Assembly (NCBI RefSeq): GCF_030144855.1
Contig: NC_082710.1
Coordinates: forward strand, 34,038,001 to 34,102,000
DNA: 64,000 nt
Reading direction: 5' to 3'
Origin: Hypanus sabinus
Lineage: Eukaryota
Below the pieces are notes generated by a model. It did not search any database, had not been told where the DNA came from, and was given only the letters and a program-made list of their open reading frames with translations. Of the stretch, positions 24,395-36,704 are shown one piece after another. Numbering within the stretch: the stretch's first letter is position 1; each line of letters begins with the position of its first letter. The translations under genes were made by a program, and so were the position numbers.

Positions 24395-25075
24395 TTGCAA
24401 CTTTTTTAGGTCACACCTGGACTATGGTTCTGGTTGCCTCATGAGAGGAAGGGTGTGGAGGCTTTGAAGAGGTTTGTCAGGATGGTACCTGGATTAGAGG
24501 ACCTGTGCCGTAAGGAGAGATTGGAGAAACTAGGGTTGATTTGCACAAGTGCTGGAAGCTGAGAGGAGACTTGGTAGAAGTATATAAAATGATGAGGAGG
24601 ATAGATAGCATTGACAACGGGTAACTTTCTCTCTGAAGAGAAATATCTAATATCAGAGTATATGCATTTAAGATGTTCTTAAATAGACATATGATGATGC
24701 AGAGAGGTAAGGATATTTAGGCAGAGGAACTAGTTTAGCAGGCTTTTAGTGATTAGTTTAATTAGAATTTATAAAAGATCGTGCATGGAACGGTCTGCCA
24801 TGTGGTGGAGGCGGAGACTCCTGGACTGGTACATGGAGCTCAGAAAACAAAGGGCTATGGGTAACCCTAGGTAATTTCTAAGGTAAGGACATGTTTGGCT
24901 CAGCTTTGTGGGCCGAAGGACCTGTATTGTGCTGTAGGTTTTCTATGTTTTTATGTTGCTATGTGCATGATTTATACATACTTTAATAACAAATGTACTT
25001 TGAATCTTGAATCTTTGAATTGAATTTGACAAAGGGCTTGTTTCTGTGCTGCACTGTTTTATGTTCTATGTCCTG
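24395..25075 (+). mobile_element. Cluster of CR1 3' fragments
   Basis: Decayed RSHLDY..FWLP..RK coding remnant. A younger CR1 tail at about 24780-24960 matches 5575-5667. Confidence 0.75.
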
Positions 25076-25644
25076 TGCTCTATAAGTTCTCACTAACAAG
25101 GCAATATTTGTTCAGTTCCAAAGCACATTCCATACACAAACAATGACAAATTTCTTCTGCTACAGATTTGCCTACATATTGAGTCTAGTTTGGAGAGATA
25201 TCCTGTGTATAAAGAACTCCTTCACAGTTTTAAAAAATAACACTAGTTGAGCAGGATCAGATCATGTGATAGAATTTCCAAACTCAGTTCAGGATGTTTT
25301 CAGCTACAGATAATGTTGGGGTCAGGATTAAAAATGTAATAAAGTGGCGACACTTACAAATTGAAATGAGCTATTCACCCATTTCTGGGGCCAAAAGTTT
25401 TTATTCAACTTTAGAAATGGACTAACAAGCTTGATAAGACACTTAAAAATTAACAGATATAGAATCCCTTCATATCGCGCTGGTGGGGTCTTTCCTGTTG
25501 TGAATGTGTACTCAGTATGTGAAATAAGGGATGCATTAGTTAAAGTGCTGAGGTCCTATTTGACAACAGTGACATCAAATCAGTGATGGACACTGAACTG
25601 ATGGAAGATTTGACCTGCCTATTTTACCTCCTTTTAATGAACTG

Positions 25645-26665
25645 TTCCTCCAAGAAGATCACAAGTCATGGATTGGAGGCTTGCGTGCCTCAATGACCCG
25701 GAGAGTTATGCTGGCTAGAGTTAGGGCATAGAGACTCAGGAGTCCTTGTTCAGGATTCCCTAAAGGTTAATTTGCAGGTTGAGTCTGTGGTGAGGAGGGC
25801 AAATGCAATGGTAGCATTCATTTGAAGAGGACTAGAATATAAAAGCAAGGATGTAATGTTGAGGCTTTATAAAGCATTGGTGAGGCCTCACTTGGAGTAT
25901 TGTGAGCAGGTTTGTGTCCGTTATCTTAGAAAGGGTGTGCTGAAATGAGAGGGTTCAAAGGAGGTTCATTAAAATGATTTCAGGTTTGAACAGCTTTGCA
26001 TTTGAAGAGCAGTTGATGGTGCTGGGCCTGTATTCACTGGAATTCAGAAGAATGGGAGGTGACCTCACTGAAACCTATCGAATAGTGAAAGGCCTTGATA
26101 GATTGGAAGTGGAAAGTATGTTTTCTAAGGTGGGGGAGTCCAGGTCCAGAGGACACAGCCTCAGAATAGAGGGACATCCGTTTAGAATGGGGATGAAGAA
26201 GAATAGCCAGAGAGCGGTGAATCTATGGAATTCTGTGAAGGCCAAGTCTGTACATATATTTAAGGCAGAGGTTGATAGATTCCTGTTTGTTCAACCATGG
26301 GAAGACAGCAGGAGATTGGGGCTGAGCAATTTTGGATCAGCCATGACAAAATGGCAGAGCAGGTACGATGGGCCAAATGGCCTAATTCTGTTCTATGTTA
26401 TGGTCTATGCTTTAGCTCTCGGTAGGATCATTCATGCTAAATGGGTCGAAGGGTAGAAGCGAGACTGAGAGTTGTCCACCAGTTCTCTAGGTCTGGGGGT
26501 TCAGCTCAGAGCTAACAACCCTGATTGGCCAAACAAAACTGTAACAGAAAAAGGCAATGAGGAATCCTTCCACATCTGACTGGTCAAGGATAGACAGATA
26601 GAGGACCTTCATTGCAGCCCCAAATGCCAGCAGGCATAATGAGCAATGGGTAAGTAAATAAGTAA
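25645..26665 (+). mobile_element. RTE-derived short non-autonomous element, split by a CR1 fragment (about 25728-26408)
   Basis: RTE-type 5' end GGAGGCTTGCGTGCCTCAATGACC and (AGTA)n-like tail. The insert encodes LVRPHLEYCEQ and LGLYSLEFRRMGGDL (CR1 C-terminus). Confidence 0.65.
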
Positions 26666-27730
26666 TGAATTGTTAACATCAATAGTACACAGATTAATAA
26701 TCTTACTAAATGGCTCTTCCCATAACTTGCACCACACAGCACAAGATACAGAACTAAATTTTGGTCTTTCAGAAAATCTCTTTAATAGATCAATATAGTA
26801 TTTACTTTAAAACCTGTGAGCTTGGTTTTCATTTGCCTGAGCTACTTTTTGTCACATTTTCATTCAAACCAGTAGGTCAAGATATAGCTAGCAAGGCATA
26901 ATGTTTACTGTTTAAGTCACGATAGCTGGTGCACAGCAAATACATGCTGCCTGTTGCTGCGCCCAAGGAGGATGGGCCATTTCGTTTGCAACATAAGTAG
27001 GACTGATGAAACATGTTGATGATGCTCAGCTGATAGGAATATTAAGATCGTAACAGTAGTTACTGGACGCTAGTGTGAGTGTGAGGAGTGAAGTACTGGA
27101 ATGCTCATGATATGTTAAATGGGGTGGGGGGTGTGGGGAAAGTGGAGGGTTGTATTAGGTAGGGCAGTGGTGCTGTTGAAATACTTCTTCTGAGGCAGCC
27201 CCTGTCAAGCAAGGATGACTTGCTGTCATCTTAAACTTTGAGAAAACTGATGAATCCAATATGAGAAATGCATACCCTTCCACAGAGGAGGTCGCCAGTA
27301 CATGATGAGGTGGACTGGGATGGAGCTTTCAGTCCTCGGAAGGGAGTGGACCTTCTTTTCTCCTATCCACAGTCTGCACCATATTCTAAAAAGCAGTAAT
27401 GGAGAAGTTCAGTGCTCTTCCAACAGCTTCGGCAACAATGATGTACGTTACCTCCAGTCTAGGGCAACTAGCGCTGGCCACATAAGAGAAATTTAATTTC
27501 CAACCTCCCATAGGAGACGTGCAGCCAGAGTAGCAGCATACATCCTGGCTGCATGCCTGATCGTTTTGACGAGATCTCAGCAAAAAAAAAATGCTTTTTC
27601 AGGTGACAAAAATGGCCCATTGCTCTCTATGGCCCTGCTACTCCCTGTGACATGATTTGCAGGCAAGATTGAATTACTAGGCTCCAACTACAGAATTCAC
27701 TCACTAGCCTGGCCTAATCCCTGCACTTTC

Positions 27731-27971
27731 TGACTCAGAGGCAGTACTCCAATGCAAATGCAAGGGTTTAGATTGTTTATATACTGTACATTTGTGAATT
27801 GCTGCTGATTAGAATACTTTTTAAATATTTCTGAGCAGCTTTAGAAAATTAACGCCAAAATATCTGACTGCTTGCATTTGTTCCCATATTCTGTTTAGCA
27901 GCAGTGAGGTGACTCACTCTGAGATGGTGGATTTTAATGTGACTGCTGTTTCCATTATGTCAAATGACTCA
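27731..27971. promoter_or_regulatory. Candidate enhancer: three perfect AP-1 sites in non-repeat DNA
   Basis: TGACTCA at 27731, 27910 and 27965, about 7 kb upstream of the annexin TATA box. A further TGAGTCAGC lies at 29175. Confidence 0.4.
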
Positions 27972-29792
27972 CTGGCAGATAAATGATCAAAACAAAAGAA
28001 CACTAGAAATAGTAGCAAGAGGAGAAATTCAGCCACTTGTGCCTGCTTCAACATTCAATGTAACTCAACCCTATAGAGGTGGGGTGTAGAGATTTTGCTG
28101 GTTCTTCACTCTGCAGAACCTAGTCTCTCTTTGGTATTACAGGGGCTGCAAATAGAAATCAGGACTATCACAGGGACTGCTGAGTGAGCCTCTAGATGGC
28201 TATGGATCAAGAGATGTGACCCATGGACCAATGCAGCTGGGACACAAGCCGGGCCTTGGTCAACCCTGGCTGAGATGTCTGGGCGGGGATGTCTGACATT
28301 GAAGACCTGAACCACCCAATGGACCCAGGTTACTAATGATATGTCCCAGTGCTTCCTAGGATGTTTCTCAGCACCAAAACTAAGATCTTGGCTGATTGTC
28401 AACCACAGTAATAGCTTCCTGCGTCAATCCTGCACTTTCATAAAATTAAATTGTTTTTCTGTTACAAGAATGAGCAACAAATACACCTGTTGAAACACAG
28501 ACAGATTTCTAAATCAGTCCACTTAATTCTTCTTAAATTTATATTATACTTCTATATTCTGATAAAAAGTTCATGCACATATTAATATTTATTCTAATTA
28601 CTTCACAAATAATTATGTTCAATTATTTAAGTGGAGTTTATATAGCATATAAAATAAGCTTTTGGGTGCTTTTTTAAATCTCATTCATGGGAATTGGACA
28701 CTGATGGAAAGAGCAATATTTATTGTCTATTCTTACATGCCTTTGAGAAGATGATATGAGTCTTTCTATTGAACCATTGGAGTGGTTATGGTGAAGGTAT
28801 ACTTCTTGCTCTGGAAGAAATTTCCACAATTTGATCCAAAAACCACATACTTTCATGTACTCTACGGCCAAATATTCTCCTTGAATGAGCCATCTGTTCA
28901 TAATTTTGTTCATTCAGTGAACTTCATTTCAAGAAAGCCTTAAAAGGCTAGAGCACACCAGACATTTCTAAATCATTAAATTCCAGCTTCAAGTAAACGT
29001 GGCATGTGAAAAAGACTGAACTACATAAATAGGAGAATGAATTCTTGGTGAAAACTGCAAATGTAAACACAAAATGTCGTTATTATTACATCCTCTGTGT
29101 GCTTTTCCTGATATTTGTTTTACAGAAACATACAGCTTCAAATCCCTAAATCAACAATCATAGTTCTGTTACGGTGAGTCAGCCACCAGTAAACTTCAGC
29201 TTTATGCTGTTGAGGCAAGAGGGCTTATTGAGAGATTGGCTAACCTAGGTAATTTTTAGCAAATAGAGGCCAATATTTTCCTTTCTATGGATGTCAAGAC
29301 TGCTAGCTAAGTTTGAGGTATCAGGTAGGCCTACTTTTTCAAGACACCTGCCCACACTTAGTATACAACCTTTCCACCATTCAACTTACAGGAGGAACCT
29401 CTGCTTCTGGCTAGGCCATTTTGCTGTACTTCTTATTTGGACCAGGTCAAGGCTCCTCCACAGATAATTTTATAGCAAACGTAATCTCATGAAATGAGGT
29501 AATAGCTGATTTTAACATAAATAGCACCTGACAAAGTAGACCATGAGCAATAACTTATAAGTAGGTGTATATCATAATAATGGGAGTTATTCAAAATTGT
29601 AAAGGGAGTTAATGGTAAACTATTCCTAAAAGGGTGAAAGGTACAGAAAGCAATTCTGAAGAACCGTGGTTGTCAAGGGAGATCAATGTCTGGACTGAGG
29701 TCAAAAAGAAAACATATGCCAGGCACTGAAAATAGCAAAGTACAGTCAGGAATATAGTATGTGTATTGGTATTGGTTTGTTATTGTCACATG

Positions 29793-30572
29793 TGTTACGA
29801 AATCCCGTAACTGGATCACTTACCAGCAAAGATAGAGAGGTCCGTTGAAGTCTGATGGTACTATTTTTAAAAGTCTTTACTGATAAAGGGCACAAAAATA
29901 CGATTAATGCAAACATACAGATAATATACGTCGTCAATACTAAATCTAAAGCACGGGTATAATAATAACCAATAAGAAAAAGCTCTATCGTTGTCTGGGG
30001 GATAACGTATTGTCCGATGAAAATATAACAGTCACTGTTAGTTCGTTCACGCTGCAGCGTTTTGGGTTTAAGAGAGAGGCGGTTTAAACTTGCCCAGGTC
30101 TTTTATGAGGCCAGTCCGTTGAGTCAGGGGAGTGGGTTTCCCCGTTGTTAGCTAAAAGCCGTTTTCTGTGGTTCCAGCCACCAATTTCAGCAACGGAACT
30201 GAACGCACATGGCCTCCTTCAGATGACTTCCTGCTGTTACGTGGTCGCTTAATGTTTCTTCTGGTGCGTCTGAGGGACTGTTCCTACAGACCCTCTTTTA
30301 TTCTGACTCGCAGGGTCGTAGATGTCAATCAGGTTGGGGGTGATGCAATCTCTCCCTCAACCAGCCCACTTTGCCTGAGGGCGTTCACGTAGCATAGTAG
30401 CTCAATCCACAAATTGGTCTCCAAGAGACAATGGCCAGATCCCGTAGCTTTACATCGCCGGGGAAATGAGCCAGCCTGCACGTCTCTTTTCCCATTTCCT
30501 GGGCCCCTTGACCCAACCCAACCCAACAGTGATCTTGTGATTCTCACAAAGGAGGGGGCTACAGACATAACA
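29793..30572 (-). mobile_element. Solo LTR (probably Gypsy-type), 780 bp
   Basis: Termini TGTTACG...CATAACA. 4-bp TSD CATG/TATG (one mismatch). It splits a Rex-type tail (ATTGTCACATG | TAACAATACATAGTGGAAAA). Confidence 0.85.
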
Positions 30573-31104
30573 TATGTAACAATACATAGTGGAAAAACTT
30601 GTCTTGCATACTATTCATTTAATAGAGCACTGAGGTTGAATAAGGTAAAAACAATAACAATGTAGTGTAAAGTGTAAAAGCTGCTGAAAATATGCAGTGC
30701 AGGTGAACGATAAAGTGTAAAATCACAGTGAGGTAGATTGGCTAGAATATATTTAGAGCAGAAAATGTAACCAAGGAAAGAGTAAAGGACAAAAATGGAA
30801 ATCCATGTGTGAAGATGGAGGATACAAGTGGGGGCTTAAATGAATGTTTTTCTTCTGCATTCACCAATGAGAAGAACAATGTTCAGGAAGGGTGGATAGT
30901 CACATTCCAGAACGTATTTTCATTTAAAAATAAGAGATTTTATATGTCTCAACAGGCACAATGGTAGAGAAATCCTCAGGACTTGCTCCACCCCTCCACC
31001 CCTGAGACTGATAACTATCTGAAGGGCTGCAAATGTAGCACCCTACTTTCAGATAAGTCAGTATAGTGTCAGTGATAGGGAAGAGATCGGGAAACATTGA
31101 GTCA

Positions 31105-33075
31105 TTTAGTCATAGAACATTACAGCACAGAAACAGGTCTTTCGGCCCACCTGCTCTGTGCCTACCTGTTATTCTGCTTAGTCCCATCGATCGGCACCTG
31201 GATTATAGCCCACTCCCATCCATGTACTTATCCAAATGTTGACATTAAACCAACATCCACCACTTTTGCCAGCAGTTCATTCCGCACTCTCACCACCCTC
31301 TGAGTGATGAAGTTTCCCTGATGTTCCCCATTAATATTTCACCTTTCACCCTTAACCCATGATCTCTAGTTCTAGAGATGGTCCCAGCCTTAATGGAAAA
31401 AGCCTGCTTGCATTTACCCTATCTATACTCCTCACAATTTTGTATACCTATCAAATCCAACTTCATTCTCTTATGCCGTAGGGAATAAAATCCTAACCTA
31501 TTCAACCCTTCCCTATAACTCAGGTCCTCAATTCTTGGCAACGTCCTTGTAAATTTACTCCGCACTCTTTCAATCTTATTGATAACTTTCCTGTAGGTAG
31601 GTGACCAGAACAGCACATGATATTCCAGATTAGACCTCACCAATGTCTTATACAACTTCAACTTAACATTTCAACACCTGTACTCAATATTTTGATTATG
31701 AAGACCAATGCGCCAAAAACTCTCTTTACAACAATATCTACCTGTGATATCACTTTCAAGGGATTATAGATTGGAATTCCTAGATCTCGTTGTTCTACTG
31801 CACTCCTCAGTGTCCTACCATTCATTGTGCAAGTCCCATCCTGGTCTGTTCTTGCAAAGTGCAATACCTCCGCATATTCCCCACCCTCTGGCTAAAGAAA
31901 TTTCCACATATCATTGGTTTAAAGAGATGACCTTCTATTCTGAGGCTGCGGTCTCTGGTCCCAGACTCCCACACTATATGAAACATGCTCTCAAGTCCAC
32001 TCTACCCAGGTCTTTCAATATTTGGTAGGTTTCACTGAGAACCCCTCATTCTTCTAAGCCCATTGCCATCAAGCATTCCTCATATGTTAATCCTTTCATT
32101 CCCAGGACCACCCTCCTGAACCTCCTCTGCACCCTCTCCAATACCAACACATCCTTTCTTAGATAAGGGACCAGAATTGCTCAGAATACTCCAAATACAG
32201 TCTGACCATCACCATATCAAGCTTCAATGTTACATTCTTGCTTTTATATTTAAGTTCTCTCAAAATGAATGTGAACAGTGCCTTCCTTGCCATCGATTCA
32301 ACTTGAAAGTTAGCCTTGGGAGAATTCTGCATATGGACTCACATGTCACTTTACACCTCTGTTTTTTAATTTTCTCCCCATTTGGGAAATAGTCCACACC
32401 TTTATTCCTTCTACTAATGCATGATCATTCACTTTCCTAAACTATACTTCATCTGCCACTTCTTTGCCTATTCTCCTAATCTCTCCAAGTTCTTCTAATG
32501 GCTCCCTGGTTCCTTAACAGTACCTTCCGCTCCACCTGTCTTTGTATGATCTAAAAAACCTGGCTACAAAACCAACAATTCCATCATCTCAATCATTGAC
32601 ATCAAATGTAAAAAGAAACAGCTTCAACACCGTCCCTGTGGAAAGCCACTAGTCACCAGAAGTCAAAAGACCCCCCTGTATTCCCACTCTTCGCCTCCTG
32701 CCAGTAAGACAATTTTCTATCCATGCTAGTATTTTTCCAGTAATATATGGAATCTTATCTTGTTGAGCAGCCTCATGTGCAGCACTTTGTCAAAGGCCTT
32801 CTGAAAACCTGAATAAACAACATCCACTGACTCACTTTTGTCTATCCTGCCAGTTATTTCCTCAAAGAATTTCAGCAGATTTGCAGGTAAGATTTCCTCT
32901 TAAGGAAAACATACTGATATCTGCCTATTTTGTTAGCTGCCTCCAAGAACCCCAAAACCTCATCATCAATGGTCCCCAGCATGCTACCAACCACTCAAGT
33001 CAGGCTAACTGGACTATAACTTCCTGCCTCCCTCCCTTCCTAAAGGATGGAGTGACATTTACAATTTTCCAGTTC
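31105..33075 (-). mobile_element. Two adjacent CR1 LINE 3' portions
   Basis: Minus-strand ORFs MKLYKTLVRSNLEYHVLFWSP (31419-31661), EQRDLGI (31658-31864) and WKIVNVTPSFRKG (about 33030). Confidence 0.85.
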
Positions 33076-33254
33076 TTATAGTTTACATATAAGGCAGTTG
33101 GTTGGCATTGGAACATCAAGGGCAGGGGGCATGGGGAACGAGTTGTTTGTGAGCTGGCTGTGCTCTTGATGAAGATTCTCAATACCTTCCTAAATTCACT
33201 TCCAGAGAAAAAACTGGCACAAACAAAAAGTTGAACCATTATCACATAAATCAA

Positions 33255-33845
33255 GTTACCTAAAGTTGCAGAATTCAGGGTTGAGTTCCAGTAGGCTGCA
33301 ATGTGCCCAGCCAGAAATTGAGGTGCTCTTCCCCAGGCTTGTGTTTCCCTCACTATGACAATAAAAGACCTATGACTCCACAGAGCAGTAAGCCAGAGTT
33401 AAGAATGGAATGAGAAATTAAAGTGAAGGGCAGCAGGAAGCTCAAGGTTGTTCCTGCAAAATTACTGCCTGTCTTCCGTAAAGTGATCACCCAACCCGTA
33501 GTTGGTTTCTCCAATGTTGAGGAAGGTGCATTCTGAACATGGAATGTGGCACACTAGATTAGAAGAAGCACAAATATATTGCAGCTTCACCTGGGAAGGT
33601 TATTTTGGTCTCTGGATGGTAAGAAGGGAAGAGGAGAAAGGTTAAGCATAGCATCACCTACAGTTGCAAGGGAAAGTGTCATAACATGAGGTAGCGTGGT
33701 GAGAACAGACAGTCGACCAAGAAATCATGATAAGAATGGTCACTGTGAAATGCTGAAAGGGGAAGAGGGGAAGGTTTGTCTGGTAATGGAACCACATTAA
33801 AGGTGGCCGAAATTGTGGAGAATGATCTGTTTTATGTGGAGGCTT
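33255..33845 (-). mobile_element. Old Penelope-like element fragment (GIY-YIG region)
   Basis: The minus strand gives EEHLNFWLGTLQP and HFNFSFHS-like remnants, homologous to 63632-64000. Confidence 0.65.
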
Positions 33846-34648
33846 TTGCCAGTGTCCTATGAAGTTTTGTTAGAATGCAATGTGTTCTTCCTGTCTCATG
33901 CTTCATTAAAAGCATTGGCAAGTGATGGGAATTTATTCTCTCAATGTGTATAAGTGCCATCTGCACATTGCAACTTATTTACTGTGACTTAGAAAACTGG
34001 AAGATCTTCAACTTAGCTCTAAAGATAATTTCCACACTCATTGGAGTTAAAGTACAAAACTAAAGCAAGAAAAATTGAAAAAAACTCTTGAGGCAAGTAC
34101 AGTCTTCACTGAGATTGATTCTGGTGTAGATCCACCGGATAATATTATGACTTGCATACTATTATGGAGCAAGCATACGATGAAGATCACTTCTGTGAGC
34201 AGCCAAATTTGAGAAGGGTAATTGTTGGTACCTCCCAATGGATAAAAAGATTTTGACAACAGCCTCAATATAGATTTACAAAGTAAGAATCTGGAGTAGT
34301 CCAGAATATAGAACTTTCTACCTTTAGGCAAAAACATTATTACAGACCAAAATGGGTACTTTTCAAATCATGTGAAAGAAGAAATTTTTGAAATTTTACC
34401 TAAGTTAGCAAATTAAGATACTTCATGTCTATATATAGTACCATGTATAGTTTTCAGATTTATTGTTCTCCAGTAAACTGTAAAATTATTTAATGACAAA
34501 TCACATATTTGTTTATGAAACAGAACTAACATCATCCAATTTTTGTATGTGAAACGTTGCTCTAATGACCTTAAAGTCTTTATGCAGATCTTCAGGTTGT
34601 TCACTGCAGCTGTACCGGTTTTGCATAGCTTGTAAGATCTAATATTTG

Positions 34649-34734
34649 ATTGGTTCAGTACAGCCTGCAGTGTTCAGTCAATCAGACAGAAGTCCAGCCA
34701 CAGATGACCTCATTGGGAGTGGCAAGGATATAAA
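34649..34734 (+). promoter_or_regulatory. Annexin core promoter: TATA box with inverted CCAAT boxes
   Basis: TATAAA at 34729-34734, ATTGG at 34649 and 34712, and TGACCTCA at about 34705. A GTAAGC donor follows about 70 nt downstream, matching the TATA plus short non-coding exon 1 layout of ANXA1. Confidence 0.65.
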
Positions 34735-34759
34735 TTCACGGTCATACAACTGACTAAGA

Positions 34760-34801
34760 GTAGTCTGTGGGACTGTTAGTAGCAGCTAGCGTTTACAGTT
34801 G
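34760..34801 (+). other. ANXA1: Annexin non-coding exon 1 (5' end approximate)
   Basis: Starts about 25-30 nt after the TATA box and ends at donor TTG|GTAAGC. Exon 2 begins at an acceptor only 14 nt before the ATG, so an upstream exon is required. Confidence 0.6.
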
Positions 34802-36650
34802 GTAAGCTTAATTTATTTTTAATACCTGTTCTGATTAACTATCAGTAAAAGCAATTATGTTCTGTAGAAATGTAAACTTCTGCTGAACAATACTTACATC
34901 TTTGATTTGAGCTCACTTTGTAGCTGTAAGACTATTTCAACGAGTCTATTTCTAATTTCTGACACATTCTGTATGATATGGTTTTAAGTTTATTCTGGTA
35001 AAGTGAGTTACTAGTTGTCTGAGAAACTTTGAAATGTTTCACATGATAATGACCATTAACTTACCAGCCTTTGAGAGGAATGTTGTGAGGCAAGTATCTT
35101 GGCAGGAAGCACCGTCTGGAATATTAACCCATTCTTCACAACTTGAGTTTTGCTCTTAAATAGATGTTGTCAGTTTATACATTTTACCTTGTATTTGGGA
35201 GAAGAGGTTACATAATGTCAATTGTCTGTTTGATTGAGCTAAAGACAATTTTATTTAGAATATTGAATCAAATGATTTATTTGGAGCATGTGTGGGTTCT
35301 CTTTAGAAAGGTAGTTCTGGAATTAATGTTGAAATCTATCACTCTCCATGACTTGGGGATGCTTTGCTTTCTCTCACTGGTCTACTGACAGAATTATGAA
35401 CCCACTTACACCCGACAGCAATGGTGTCTGATCAGACTGCAGTGGTTGAATCCCTCCTCAAGGTCAAGAGCTGGGTAAACACTGGACTTGATCAGTGATG
35501 TCCATGAAATTTAGAAAGATACAGACAATAAAAAATATGGTCAGCAGACTGCAATTTGTATTTTGTCCTATTGAAGCACCAAACCTATGGGATTTAATGA
35601 CAAATAAGTTGCCTCAGTTTGTTAGTATTCTTGATAGGTTCAACTGGTTCTTGTTAGTGCCGGACTAAACTTTTTTGGCCTTTTTATAAGCTGTTTGGGA
35701 GGTGGGATGTGTGGAAATCCACCCCTGTCCTTCAGTCTGATGGTTATAGTTGTAATCTATAACCTTTGCACCCTTTTTTCTTTTTTTTCATTGCTCCCAT
35801 CAGCCTCTGAAATCTTGCTCAACGGGTGTGGTGCTTTGCTTCCTACAATGCATAACATTACATTTAACAGTGCTTTCATATGATGAGATATATGATTTTG
35901 AAGACTCATAACTGTTCAAACCAATTCAAATTCTAAGCTTTCTATGCATTCAAAATGCAAATACCATTGCATTGTTCATATTCAACAGATTATCACAAGC
36001 AATTATATTTACAAACATTTCAGCGGCTCTTTCCTGTAATATGTTCTGCTAATTCTAATTCTGCAATGTGCAGTAAAAAATGGTCTGCTTTTTTCCCTAC
36101 AATCCTTATCCTGGAATGGAATTTTATGATCTCCCAAGAAAGCTTCCTGGCTCTGATTCTTAGCCTGTAATGGAATAAAATACAACTACTGTTCAAGAAG
36201 TGTTTTTTTTTTCTGTTACTAAAACTTAAGTAAATACAGTATTTGGAGAAATTTTAATCTATATAGTTGAGACTGATATGGGTGGCATGGACTAATTTAT
36301 ATTTTTTGCCTCTTTCTCAGAGATGCTTTAAGGTGACTAAATATAAGCTTTTTACAGAAGAAGACTTATTAATACACTAAACCTGCTATAATTAACATGA
36401 ATTTTCCTGGTGAATTATAAGTAAAATTCTAGTAAAATTATTCAACATTAGTGTACCAAAAAGAAAGAAAATCTGATTTTCAAACCTCTACAATTGTCTG
36501 GAAAAATAATGAGCTAAAATATTTTGATAGAGCATTCAGCTAACAAACACCACTTCCCAATTAAAGTCTATAATTACAACTGTCTCTAAGATGCTTTTCA
36601 AAAAAAAAATCTAATAATCTGTTTTATCTTCAACAGGAAATTAACACAAA

Positions 36651-36704
36651 ATGGCAACAAACATTATCAGTCAACTCCTCCAGCGTGCCACATATCACAC
36701 TCAT
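36651..36704 (+). CDS. ANXA1: Annexin A1-like exon 2, coding part ([18 protein letters not shown]); exon starts at 36637
   Basis: Acceptor TTTTATCTTCAACAG, Kozak AAAATGG, donor GTAAGC, phase 0. Amphipathic pattern resembling the ANXA1 N-terminal helix MVSEFLKQAWF. Confidence 0.8.

Noticed and set aside
28106-28402. GC-richer segment with a 98-aa minus ORF and a plus-strand acceptor-like site
   Set aside because: Plus-strand frames close quickly, no domain was recognised and no partner exons were found.
34047-34380. Coding-like purine-rich stretch upstream of the annexin promoter
   Set aside because: Multiple stops and no identifiable homology, so a pseudogene call cannot be supported.
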